Origin: Tubulanus polymorphus
Lineage: Eukaryota; Animalia; Nemertea
Direction of reading: 5' to 3'
Assembly: GCF_964204645.1 (NCBI RefSeq)
Contig: NC_134035.1
Location: 6,014,001-6,078,000 of the forward strand
Length of the DNA stretch: 64,000 bases
The notes below the pieces were generated by a model that worked only from the letters and a program-made list of their open reading frames with translations, did not search any database and had not been told where the DNA came from. Made by a program: the position numbers and the translations under genes. Position 1 is the first letter of the stretch. Every line of letters starts with the position of its first letter. Positions 1-12,869 of the stretch are shown piece after piece.

Positions 1-929
1 ATTCCATGGATATCGACACCTATGTGTATTTTGTAACCTCAATCAATTGCAAATAGCTCACGCCGAATTCTATCATTGCAAGATCATTGGTTTCTGTATA
101 TGTTCACCAGGGGGCATTGGATATGTCAGATTGTCAAGCATTTCACACCAAGCGTACTGGGTGTCCCTGGACCCCTAGTTGCATATATCTACCCGATAGG
201 CCTCGTAGCATAGAAGATATCTGAGTAATTGAGATCGCTCCATTTTTTTAGGCAAACACAGTTCCTGACGATGAGTGACGTTAGCTTTTAGACTATGATA
301 ATACTCATGCAGTCTATCTTGAGAGTTCGCGTTGTTGAAAATGCATTAAAACGAAGACGGCGAAAATCTCATTTTCAAACGAGAAAAAATAAATCTATTG
401 CCGCAAATGTTTGCTGAAGCTACATTTCCCCCTCTTCAGGCATATCCTCTCTTATACAGTTTACACTGACACAACGAAACTACTCCCACTGACGACTGGT
501 ATTATTAGGATCGCATGGTTTATTGTCATCTTACCAGTCGGAATATAGATCAGACCATGACTGGCGACGGTTTTGATGACGATTGAAAAACAGCCGGTTT
601 TTATTCGGTCGTTTAGAACGTCGAATGTGTCCGATTGGCTTCGAACGTCGAATCTCGTGCGGTCCCGGTCTCTTCCCGGAGGAAGTAAATGTGTTGATTC
701 GTCGTGGTTTCTCCTAATTTGCGGCACGCGTGATCGATTACATAACGCCGCCGCTGCCCTTCATCCTGTCTCTATAGCTCACTTGTAGGAATAGAATTCT
801 AGTAATTGGTCGTCGTCTCGCGGGGGGTGCGAGAGGTTGAACACATGTGATATGGCTATCAATGACGTGCTACTGGTGCGACACATCGTGCGACCAACCC
901 CTGAGACTCACTTCAATCTAACCCTCAAT

Positions 930-1320
930 CCGTCCCTCCCTTCCTCCCCTATTTCCATTCCCTCCCACCTCCCCTCCATCCCTCCCTACTTCGCTCCATC
1001 ACTCCCACCTTCCCTCCTTCCTTCCCTCCCTGTGTCCCTCCCTTCATTTCCCTCCCTCCCTATTACCCCTGTCCCCTCCATCCCTCCCCGTTTCCCCTGT
1101 CCCTTCCACCCCTCCCTATTCTCTTCCATTCCCCCTCCCCCATCCCTCCATCCGTCCCTCCCTCTATCCCTCCCTCCCTCTATCCCTCCCTCCTTACTAT
1201 TCCCCCTGTCCCCTCCATCCCTCCCTCCACCCTTCCCTATTCCCCACCATTCCTCCCTCCCCTGTCCTTCCATCTGTTCCTCCATCCCTCCCTCCGTACC
1301 TCCATCCCTCCCTCCCACTT
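930..1320. repeat. (CCCT/CCAT)n polypyrimidine low-complexity tract
   Basis: About 390 bp dominated by C/T on the + strand. Confidence 0.9.
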
Positions 1321-2560
1321 CAATGTGACCTTACACATCTTAAACCCCCGACTGATGTCTGACATTATGAATGTAACTTTCAAATCCGAAATAGTTAAAA
1401 ACAACTTTGAAAAGACGAGGTTTTTTTTTCTTCAATTTTGACGCAATCGGCCGCTGGTTTCCAGTTAAGGGATGATCGATCATCAGATAATTGCCTAACA
1501 CGGAGGTACAACAGCATTAATTTAATATCCCCTGACGTCATACACACAGCGACGGTGTACACGAACCCCGTGGGGGTTTAAATATACGAGCCCCACGCGG
1601 GGCTTTAACGCTGCTTCACGAGTCGATTTCAACACTGATGAATTATTATACTTCTTATCTCATCGTTTCTTAACACCAAACATTCCGATGCCCCCTCGCC
1701 TAAATCCGGCAATCATATTTCATTCGCAGATCTTCGTTCCTCTTCGCGCGCGCGACTAATGTTTGTCTATGGAACGGTTCTGAGAGTAACTTTCTGTTCT
1801 CTCGGTGCACAAATTGTAACCACTGAATATACACAGCTGATATTTTGTCATAAGGAGGGAAATAGGTGTCGGAATTGATATGGAGAGTTTCAGGCATCAG
1901 CTCTAAGCTGGCAGGAAGTGCTGGGAGAAAATGTGCAAAAATTTCAATGAATTTTTCCCCTACTATTCGATGCTTGACCTTGTTTCTTGATGATGACATC
2001 ACAGGGAAGCCCTTCAGCAGGGTATCACTAAGAAAGCCCTCTAAAAGGGCTTTCCCAGTTTCATTATCATCAAGAACTGTTGTGCCATGTACTTATGACT
2101 CATAGGAAAACCCATTACCATCTATTTCAAAGTTGAACGCGCTTTACACTTTGCACCATGATTTCTTTCTTTATCAGCTGTTCATACGTCGTTGCAAATC
2201 CGTGTTCGAAACTAAAATTCACACAGTTGATCCTACTGGACCCGACGATGAAGGGTTAAACTACCGAGCGACGTCGAAAAACGATTTTTAAAGTCGTCGG
2301 TAAAAACGGACGAAAAACCGACGCGAGAAACGACAACGAGACGTGATTCGATGCAATTTTAATCAACAATTCAATGACTTCAAACGTATTTGATTTTCAA
2401 TTCATTTTCGTCACGCGAACGAACGACGACGTCTTTAAACCGATCAGCAGCTTCTAGCGAATGCGAACATATCATATACGTCGAAGTCTGAGCGAGTGTT
2501 AAGTTTTCCGTCAACTCTATACAGTCGATGCGTTATGATCCATGTTATGACGATAAAATG

Positions 2561-3192
2561 TAGGGAAGCCCACAATTCTTATCTTAAAAAAATGATAGGA
2601 AGTCTGAAAATGTTTCCTCGAGCCAGTAGTTTTTAGCTCTGCGGTGACCGATGGGTTAGGGGGATTATCCATCATTGTCTGTCCGTCAACTTTTGCTTCA
2701 ATTTGCTACTAGTGCTGCAGTTCTTTTCTGATCTTGATGAAACTGGCTACGTAGATACTATGGGCCAAGGGCTTAAAAGGTATAGAGCCATTTTTCATAT
2801 TTAATCTCTAGGGGGCGCTTTACTGGTGGCGCTTGTAATATCGTTAAATCGCTACTCATCCTACAATTGTAATCCGATCTTGACGAAATTTGGCATGAAG
2901 ATACTATGGGCCAAGGGCTAAAAAGTTTTAGGGCCGTTTTCCAGATTAAGACACTAGGGCGCGCTGTGCAGGTGGTCCTTGTAAAATCTTATCATAAAAC
3001 AGCGGAGCTGTATCAGCCGACAGGCTGCTTGTTACAACGTTTCGACTATAACCTATTAGTCATCTTCAGGAATACTGGTAGTCAGTATTCCTGAAGTTGA
3101 CTAATAGGTTATAGTGGAAATGTTGTACTACTTGCTCAAAGAAACATTTTTGGACTTAACATTTTTTTTTGTTATTACTGTGGGATTCTCTA
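2561..3192. mobile_element. Hammerhead fold-back element interrupted by a Helentron-type insertion
   Basis: Ends TAGGGAAGCCCACA / TGTGGGATTCTCTA. Inverted cores at 3036-3069 (-) and 3091-3124 (+, degenerate). Confidence 0.6.
2631..3033 (+). mobile_element. Non-autonomous Helentron/DINE-like element
   Basis: TTTTAGCTC start, subterminal inverted repeat AGCTCTGCGG/CAGCGGAGCT, GTCTGTCCGTC tract, two ~146-bp core repeats, 3' hairpin CAGCC-gaca-GGCTG then CTTGTT, inserted in a T run. Confidence 0.65.
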
Positions 3193-3269
3193 TAGATTAG
3201 TTTCAATATTCGTTACATGATAATCAGGCTATGTATCAGTTCTTGAATGTCAAATAATGTCACTCTGAC

Positions 3270-3650
3270 GTGACATATAAATGTTTAGATAACTCTGCAC
3301 CATCTTATCAGTCTGAACTTTTTATCACCATATACTCCTAGTCGTCATCTGGTCTTGATGTTTTACGTAAACTGCCTCCTATCCCAAAGAGGAATATTGG
3401 TAGCCGATCTTTTTGTTTTATCTCACCAACACTATGGAACTTGCTTCCGAAACATATTTCGGGAGAGTGAATCGATCCATATCTTTAAGAAGTGACTTAG
3501 AGCACATATCTTTAATGAAACTTACAACTGAAATGTTGTAGCTCAAGGGAATATTATTGTATTTTAAACTGTATTGTTGAACATTTTTCTGTAAAGCGCT
3601 CTGCTGAGTCATTATAAGATTTAGCGCTACATAAAAATTTTTATAAAGAA

Positions 3651-3685
<35 letters not shown>
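3270..3685 (+). mobile_element. 3' end of an L2/CR1-group LINE
   Basis: GSRSFCFISPTLWNLLP remnant, TGTAAAGCGC...AGCGCTACATAAA tail and (ATT)n terminus. Confidence 0.6.
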
Positions 3686-6600
3686 GTTTTTTATTTAGGA
3701 AATTTTTTGGTTGATTTTTTTTGGGTATTCGGAATCATTATATCTGCTTCTATACGTATCTGCTTATCATTTAACTGACATAAAACGCGACGTCGTAACT
3801 CTGATTAGACCGCGCCCCTTTTCTCGCCTTATGACTCTGTTATTAATTTGCGCGGCAATCCCACTTCCTCGAATAATAACTTACAAGTGAATATTGTCTC
3901 TGGGCCAAATAAAGAAAAAACGCTTTCCCTTTCGATCTATCGTTCGTGACATCGTTTGACATTCAGCGTTGACGCGTGTAAACATTAATCAGATGATGAC
4001 AGTAGGATTTAAATTCATACCACGGTGTCTGCCTGTATGCATCGACTTCATTGTTTATGAAATGCCATCTGACCTAAAGCAAGAGAGAGAGACAGAGTCT
4101 GAGAGAGACTACTGTTTCTTCTGTGTCTCAATAAATAACTCGTCTTTGAGATATGCCCGTAAACTTGTGAATGAGAGATGCTCGTAAACTCGAGAATAAT
4201 GGATGCCCGTAAACTTGAGAATGATAGGATGACCGCCCGCGTTGCTGTCCAATATGTTCAATACGCAGTAGCGAAACACCCACGAAACCACCGGTGCTTT
4301 TTAGCCCAGGGTCTACAGAGCTGCTAACTGTACACGGTATTACTATCTTGAAACAAGAATACTGATATGATTTGTTTGATACGTACAGGAATATGAAAGA
4401 TGTTACTGAGGGTCTTCCTGTTGATTACTGATTAATTTTGTATTTCAACAAAGTATTACTGAAAAATATTCAATTTGGTACTGATAGCACTTTTCAAAGG
4501 TCAGCAGCCCTGGAACTCAAAATTTTTCGATTCAATATGTTTTTGTGGTTTATTGGGGGGGGGGGGGATGTACGTAGTTGTTTTTGACTGTATAGAGAAC
4601 ATATAATCTGTTCTTAAACCGGAGTGCATGTATTGCCTTTATTTTCCTACATCACAGATGGGTAGAATATAAATGGCCCCCTCTTATTGCGTAGACTTCG
4701 ATCTTACAAACAGATGCCAGAAAGTGATATCAATGTATTTTTCTATGGAACATGGTTCTGATGATGGTCTATCCGTAAACGTATAATATCTCTTCCCGAA
4801 GGAGGGAATATCGGTACGAAATGTTTAGTTTACATTATATTCTAATCTCGTTCAGATTTTTAAAGATGTTTACCTTCAATTCAACACTCAATTATTACAG
4901 AATCTATAAATCACACGTCTCGATTACCTCGGGGTAGACTAGAGCGCGTTTACACGGATACCCCATATGTCTGGCTTCTACAGGCAATTCTGCCATTACC
5001 AACACGCCATTTTTTAGCCAGACCAATTATAGAATTTCGCCTCATTTGTTTCATGTTTCAAGGGACGTTTACAGATGAACTTATCGTTATGTTACTGTTT
5101 TCTTTTTGTCATTGCAAAAGTAGCTCTTGGGAAATCATGAGAAGTTAGGCGCGTGTTGAATATATACGATCACACTGTTTGCTGTTGTAGACGCGTGTGG
5201 TGTGTCTGTGATTAATGATTGCAGTCACTGTGGGCGTGATGACATAAGTTAACTTCTTTCTATTCGTACTTACGTTTTGTTTATTGGGTCCATCCATATT
5301 GGCGGTGCCCATGTCGGTGATGTCTTGATATGGGTGTCCGTGCTGAGTGTGTCCATGTGGGAGGTGTCCTTGTTGGTGATCTCCGGGACGTTGGAAGTGT
5401 CCACTTTGGGGTAATCAATGTTGGTGATGTCTACGCTGTGTGTACCCTAAGTTGGGGTCTCCACAATATTGGGGGTGTCCTCATGTCTGCATAGGTCCAT
5501 CTGGATTGAATAAATGAAAACTGCCCATTGGAATATAGATTTTTTTTGCGCAGTGATATAATCATCCGTGGGTCAACATTTGCATACGCGTTTGTCACAG
5601 CTCCTATGTACGTACGTGTGCATGCATTCTAGTTTTTGGCAGATGTGGAAAGTACTTGAAATTAGACTCAGTTGCAGCCAGCAGGTCGATATTAAAGCTA
5701 CACACAAACACACACACACATGTTTTCTTTGAATTCTGTCGATCGCTGATCAATGTCTACAGGTGTTATGAATATGACAAAATCTTAACATTGCTTGACG
5801 CTTGCAGCGTAGCTGCTAACTGTCCCGTATTTTGCGGGATAGTCACTGAATTTTATAGTTTGTCCCGGTTTCTCGGGAAACAATAAAAATGTCATAGATT
5901 TTTAAGCAATTTCATCACGCGAAAATGTCACAGTTTTTATTAATTTCAATATTTTCGACGGAAGTTGGCAAGCGGCAAGGGAATAGATGATCGATATAGG
6001 TGGCGGTAGTGATATATTATTACAAGTGAACACTAAGGCGCTAGTTAGATTTCCTGATAATTTCTGTGAATTTTACAAAATTTTTATCCAGAAGATGCAG
6101 CTCTCTTCACCCGGGCACAAGATGAGTGCTTGAATTAAGTTTACAAAACTTACACGCTGAAATCTTCACTGAGGATGAGAATCGCTGAGGATGTCCCTGA
6201 AAATTGTGACTGTCGTGGAAAGTGGCGATCTCTGTCCATCGAAACAATTTTCAGGGGTTGGCAGATCTGTTGTAGTTGGAGTCCGGTATTTTCTTCATTT
6301 TCCGAGGACCTTGTGGTGAATCTAAAAAGAATATTTGATTTCATCAACGCCGTCTCCGGGTCTTGTTTTCTTCGAATCGAAAGATTCATCATACTTCGAG
6401 ATTTGTTGTTGATATGTTTAATTTCGCGATGTCAATCGATGCGCGTTAGTTTTTTTGTTTCGATATTTTATCGAATAAACGTCGTGTTATTGTCGCGATA
6501 TCAATAGTTTTAATCAGAACATCCGACGATTCATCGACGGTCCATGTCGAAGTGCAGCGAACTGTGGTTCACACGTCGCGAGACGCTGCGCGTTGAACTG

Positions 6601-8432
6601 CGGTAACCCTAACCCCTAACGGTAACACGCATCCCGCTCTTAGAGAATGAATCAAATCTAAAGGATCATCTTTTCTCTGAAGTCACTTTTCCGGGACAGG
6701 CTATGCAGCTGTACGATACTAGGATACCTTATGCAGGAGCGGTTTGTTACATGATTTACTTGCGTTCTCCAAAACAGTTTTTAGAGGGGGCGGTCACCCC
6801 TTTCACTTTTATTGACGCCCCTCTGAAAATCAACCATCCCTTATAGAATATCTTCCACCCCTACCAGAGTGGATGACATTGCTTTATATATTCAGCTTAT
6901 ATGAAAGATAAGAGATTAAACTGAAGTTAACCGTGAATTTTTGGTTTTTTTTGGGGGATCGAAAACCTCACTACTTCAGCAGCCGCAATGTCATACACTG
7001 AACAATGAATGCAGCCCCTTTATTATAATCCAGCATATGGGAGAACACTGTTTACTGGTAAAGCTCATCTCCTTATCGCCATCTATGAACATTAGTGAAA
7101 ACTAATCGCCGAGCGCTTGCTCGTGTCTGGTGCTGCCCCGCTTTCAGTCGGTGCATGCACTGTGAGTCACCTGGTTATATCGACGGATAAAACTGACTCA
7201 TCTTTGTGACGTTTATTACTCGAGTTCGTCGTATGACATGTTTTCGGGCGGTGTCTCGTATTTCGGGTGTTGTTGTCGGGCGGGGTCTGGTATTACGAGT
7301 GTTTGTTGTAGTTGCCTCGGGACGCTTACGCAACGGTGCCTGTTAACAAAATACTGCGGCATAAGTTCTGCCAGGTTTACAGTTATACACGACTTTTTTC
7401 TCGATGATCAATGAAAACTACACCGAGCAGAACGGTTCATCTTATTTGATAATATTTTTTGAAGTATTTGAATTCCGGGCCCCGGTCGTACAATCTACTG
7501 CCCTAACAATGGCCCGATCCGAATAGAGACGTCGTTCACCGATATCGGTGCACTTCTAGCACGTCGCAAGTTTTAATGTTAAATTTTTACGGACACTTCG
7601 ATCAATTGTGACGAGGTTTGGTATCTAGTACATGACCTCATGCGTTTTTATTTTTATGTAAAATGCTTACCCTAATCCTAGAAATTTTTTTAGAATCGGG
7701 GCAATTAGGGCAAGATGGCTAATGACAATATGGATTATTTTGCCACAAATGGCATTTTAGGGCCGGCTTGCGACCTTGTTTGTGCCAGCCTAGGTATCTG
7801 AGGGCCGGATTATGACCTTTTTGCCAATAAATGGCATTTTTGGGCTTGTGACCTTTTTTGCGCCGAATGTTGTTATTTTAGGTCTCCCTATAATCCTCCC
7901 CCCTGCTGTCTGGCTTGCTCCCTCTCTCTCATTGTCTGCAGTTTCCTGATAAGACGATCAGATCGTTATATAAAGGTTAAACGGGGATTTACCATTAGCG
8001 ATAATAAAAAACCAATCCGCAGAATGATCCATAAAATCAATGCCCCGGTAATAAACCTCCTTCGCTCAATACGCATTACATCGATACAGCGCAATTATCA
8101 TATAATCTATTCATTCTTTCATATCCACTTTATAATAATTGGTTTTCTTACCAATCGTTAACTAAAAACGCTGCTTGGCATATTTGGTAGCGTTGGGACT
8201 GCTGTAATTATTTCTAGGAGTTGATAGTCAGGGAACTCAGTAGCGTTGAAATTGAGAATCATGAAACTCGGTAGCATTGGGACTATTGTAAGTATTTCAC
8301 TGAGTTGAGAATCGGGGGAACTCCGTAGCTTTGGAGTTGAGAATCAGGGAACTCAGTAGCGTTGGAACTGCTGTAATTTTTTCACCAAGCTGAATATTGG
8401 AGAACTCAAAGGTTTTTAGAAAAATCCCCAAC

Positions 8433-8738
8433 TTAACCAGTAGCTTGTAATGAGTTGAAAATGGTCAGCCAAGTTGACTAGTAGCTAGTAAGGAGTTGAA
8501 AAACGGGTTGCCGAGTTGACCAATAGCTAGTAAGGAGTTGAAAACGGTTTGCCGAGTTGACCAGTAGCTAGTAAGGAGTTGAAAACGGTTAGCCGAGTTG
8601 ACCAGTAGCTAGTAAGGAGTTGAAAACGGTTAGCTGAGTTGACCAGTAGCTAGTAAGGAGTTGAAAACGGTTAGCTGAGTTGACCAGTAGCTAGTAAGGA
8701 GTTGAAAACGGTTTGCCGAGTTGACCAGTAGCTAGTAA
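8433..8738. repeat. 41-bp minisatellite, ~7 copies
   Basis: Unit AGTTGACCAGTAGCTAGTAAGGAGTTGAAAACGGTTAGCCG. Confidence 0.9.
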
Positions 8739-9069
8739 AAGGAGTAACGAGAACAAGTCTACTGTACATGTTGTATCTACAACAAGAGTTGTATGGGGCT
8801 CTTGAGGGACAAACAAATTGATCTATGACATCAAAGCCATATCTGGGGATATTCTATTTCCTCGTATAAACAAGTGGTTATTAAGCTTGACCGTTGAATT
8901 ATCTCTCAGGGCTTAAACCGGCCACACACTTCCCTGATTTCACTGGATTGCCCGGCAAAGCCGATTCATTAGTTGATCCGATAAAATTGGGAGTGTGCGC
9001 TCGAAAGTCTGCCTCGTATGGTATATCCATCAAACATATATGATATTTCCGTGGCTTGAATCTGTTTCG

Positions 9070-9335
9070 ATGTACTGGTAATCACTGGTCCAACGGTCTG
9101 ACTAAGATGTACCGGTCATCATTGGTTCAGTGGTCTGGTTAAAATGTACCGGTCATCACTGGTCCAGCGGGCTTACCGGTCATCACTGGTCCAGCAGTCT
9201 GTTTAAAATGTACCGGTCATAACTGGTCCAGCACTCTGACCTGTCATCACTGGTCCAGCAGTCTGTTTAAAATTACCGGTCATCACTGGTCCAGCACTCT
9301 GACCTGTCATCACTGGTCCAGCGGTCTGGTTGAAA
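9070..9335. repeat. Degenerate minisatellite
   Basis: Recurring ACCGGTCATCACTGGTCCAGC. Confidence 0.8.
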
Positions 9336-11562
9336 TGAGAGTGCGCAGTACCACTTGAATGAACAAACTCATCAAGTTCCAAAGAAGCCCTTTTCTGGCC
9401 TTGTGTTAGATATTATAAAAAAGATCTTTCATTCCTGGCTGCGTTTGTGATGTTCTGAAGGTACAAAAGATCGATCTAATGCGGCGATCGCTTTTTCTGT
9501 AAAGTCACTAGATTAATTGAAAAAAGTTGTTTATTCATAAAAGACGCATGGACGAGCGTGTACTGATTCGGCGTCTGTTTACGCGAGCTCGTCGTCTTCG
9601 CGTTTACGGTAAAAATGTTGCATCGGTACACGCATAACGATGACATCACGACGACGACAACGACGGTGTATGCTCGGTATGCGCGTACTCTTCAGCTGTT
9701 TCCTCTGAACCGATGCAGCTGCAGCAGCCTCGCGCAGACTCGGTGATGCTGTATTTATTTGCCGTCGAGATGTCGTAATACGACGTCTGATTTTTGCGTT
9801 CGACTTTAAAACGTCGATTGGTTAATCGTCCCGAAGGATTACGGCGAGATCGAAGCTCGCGACTCTTTTAACTCGAAACTCGAAACCGATCAATTGAGAA
9901 AGCAACTATCCGAGTCTTAAACCAGTCGTGGACGGTTCGAGGTCTTAGGCCGACGAATTATTTTGGGATATAGGGCACGCGTTCTCGCGGCTGGTTTGAC
10001 CTATTTTGTCGTCGCACGGATCAATTGTTTTTACATTTAACGAAGGATTTCTAATCGCTTGAAGAAGTTCTCATTACGCTCTGTGTCGGATAGAAAAATG
10101 TGTTCGATCTAATATCGCGACGACGACGGTCTGTCGTTTCTACAGCCCCCGTTATGAGTCATCGACGTTCAGCGGTTCGAGAAATGTTTAGTATCCATTG
10201 ACGACGCGATTCTCTCGAGTTGTGTCCGCGCGCGTGCGCCGCAGAGCGCGGAGACGACTGAAAACATTGTTGTCGTCGTCGTCGTCCACGGTAACGATCA
10301 GCTGATTCAGCGGGGTAGACGAACACGCTTCATTGATCTGTATCGGGGATAGAACTCCGGATACCGGGGATTCCTCCCACGCCGGTTACTCGCACGTCGT
10401 GAACTGTGTTTCGCACCGAAACGAACATATTATAAACGGCTGCATCAAAACAGCTGAAACACTGTCATGTGCAGTGACTGATTTGGATTTAAACATTTGT
10501 TTATGACGAACGGGGAAAGTATTTATACGATGTAACGTTTCGATATGATTAAAACGTCGTACCGATCAGATTTCGTGTTTTTTTTTTTATCGGATTCCGA
10601 TCGGATTCGTGATTCATCCCTAACGAGACTCATTCATGCAAATTATTATTATATACGATTTATAATCGAGAGTAGTAACGTATATGGCTGCCAGCTGCAG
10701 GTGTAGCTATTACCGTCGTCGTTTTATAGGACATACACGTATTAAACTAGTGTCATTATGACATAATATCAACGGGTATTTCAGCAGTGCGAGGAGCGAG
10801 CGACACTTTCAACGACCGATGTCAAACTGAATGCCGTTGATTTCAGATATCTTCGGACAAATCTTCAAAAATTCAGTTGTTTATTATTTACGTAACTGTT
10901 CACATTTCGTTGTCGGGACTAAAGCGCAAGACGGAAGTTAATTCGTCGATTCTGATTCCGTAGTCGGGTCGTGGTCCGTCTGAACGTTTCGTTTTAGAAA
11001 TCGAGGGACTCTATGTAAATCTATGTATATATTGTACCGCCGGGGCTGCAGTCGGTGAAAATCCTAATGGAATATCTGTGCGCCGACGGTTCTAGTTCTG
11101 TTTAAGTTGAAGTAGAAAAGGAAGGAAATATCGGAATATATCGAGTTGAGAGTCGAATATATCGAGAGAGTTGAATATATGTACATATACATATATTGAC
11201 TGTAGTGGTTTATGTAGCAGTGTTCTCTGGGTTTTAAGTTAACAGCAGCAGCAGCAGCAATAGCGCGGCGTGGTATGTTACAAGTTTCTCTCAGATTTAT
11301 CAAATCGCAGTTAAGCGTAAAAACAGTATAAACCAACATCGCGCTGCGTTGCGGCCGGTAATTACAGCGCGCCGTTTGTTATTCCGGTTATAACGAAGTT
11401 AACCTTCTCAAACAGTCAGACGTTGTTTCGTAAATGTCAAACTAATGTTTTTTTTTCTGCTTTCGGGCGAAAAAATTTAATTGAAAGGCAGGAGAACGAG
11501 ACTTTGCCGGGATAAATTAACGAGGATATGTTTTTATCGTTAGGCGAGGGCCGTCTAGAAAT

Positions 11563-11741
11563 ATGGTGGAAAATATAACGTACGGTAATAACAAAGAGGT
11601 TGTTAATACGGTGATCGGCGGCCGATCGGCGACCGCGACGATGAAGACGCCTCGTTTCGTGCGACGTTACCAGAGTTTTCGTAGCTATTTCGGTAAAGTC
11701 GGTAAACGAGATTGGAAGGGTATACAAGACGATATGCACGT
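11563..11741 (+). CDS. Candidate (alternative) first coding exon of LNX
   Basis: ATG-initiated ORF MVENITY...DDMH ends at GT|GTAAGT (phase 2) and joins the 12870 exon in frame, giving a 568-aa RING-less product. CpG-rich promoter-like DNA lies upstream. Confidence 0.55.
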
Positions 11742-12869
11742 GTAAGTGTCCGCACTTCGTGGAGAAAAAGTTCGAAAAAAATATCAACAAATGTTGGATC
11801 GGTGATGATAAAAATTTGATAGGGTACCGGGTACTGTGGCGCGTGCGATAAGCCGTTAGGTGTTGCGCTAGTGGTTGCTGGGTCACTGCGCTTCAATTGC
11901 CTTCTTCATTTCGATTAAATTCTAATCTGTTTTTCTCATTAGTAATTTAATTTTCAGTGAAATCTGTTCCTGATACACTCATTGAGAAAGTCGATATTTT
12001 ATCTGTTCAAGACTCATTTGATAGATTTCGGATTTGTAAACCTAAAGATCAAGTTCAAATATCATCGAAAACGAACTAATTTTTACTTCAAATGACCCAG
12101 CGTATTGATGCGCCATCTGGTGTGTGCCACCGGTACCTGATTTTTGGAAAGAGTATTTGAACCCAGTGTTTAACTGGAGCTGCACTATGTTTCTGATAAT
12201 ATTGTCTAGTGAGTCATATTCATTAATTAATCACAAACTCTGACAGCTTCAATTTATAAGATCTATTCGACTGAACCACGGCGCATGAGCGGAGGGCGCA
12301 TATTTCAGCTTCATCTTTATTATTTTCTTACGTATTCAACTTGGTCTCTACGGTAACAATACAATTACCGACGAGGGATGTGATGATTAGTACCGTAATG
12401 TGTGTACAGATGGCAGCACTTGTTTCTTTGTCGTGTTTCTGTGTAGCCGTGTCCCCGAGTCAGACGCGGTACACGACTCCATCCAGTATCACTCCACCCA
12501 CAACATCTAGAACTAACAATAAATATCGTATTGGTTTCCAGAGACAAGTGACTATAATACAATTGACGAAAATGCCAACAGTATTGAGACAGACCTGACT
12601 TCAACTACTCTATGTGAAAGTAGTTTCTGCGAAGTTTCAAAATACTCGTAGAAATTAGAATAATTTCTAGTTCATTTCCAATCAAAATGCTATTTTGATA
12701 TCAAATCACTCACTGAAAACTATTACGACATGAGATATCTGATAGTCTGCTCTGTATTGAAGTAAAACTAAGCGAGTGGTTTGATGCCATCATTTTCAAA
12801 ACTGAAAAATATACATCTAACGTAGCATGTTTTCTAATGTCAGTTGTTTTTCTCTCGTTTATTTTTTAG

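Noticed and set aside
837-1328. Pro/Ser-rich and Gly/Arg-rich ORFs on both strands
   Set aside because: By-products of the (CCCT)n low-complexity tract.
4758-4830. CTGATGATGG hammerhead-like start (similar at ~23287 and ~48036)
   Set aside because: No stem II closed by GAAA and no cleavage triplet. The 23287 site also lacks a convincing C/D snoRNA terminal stem.
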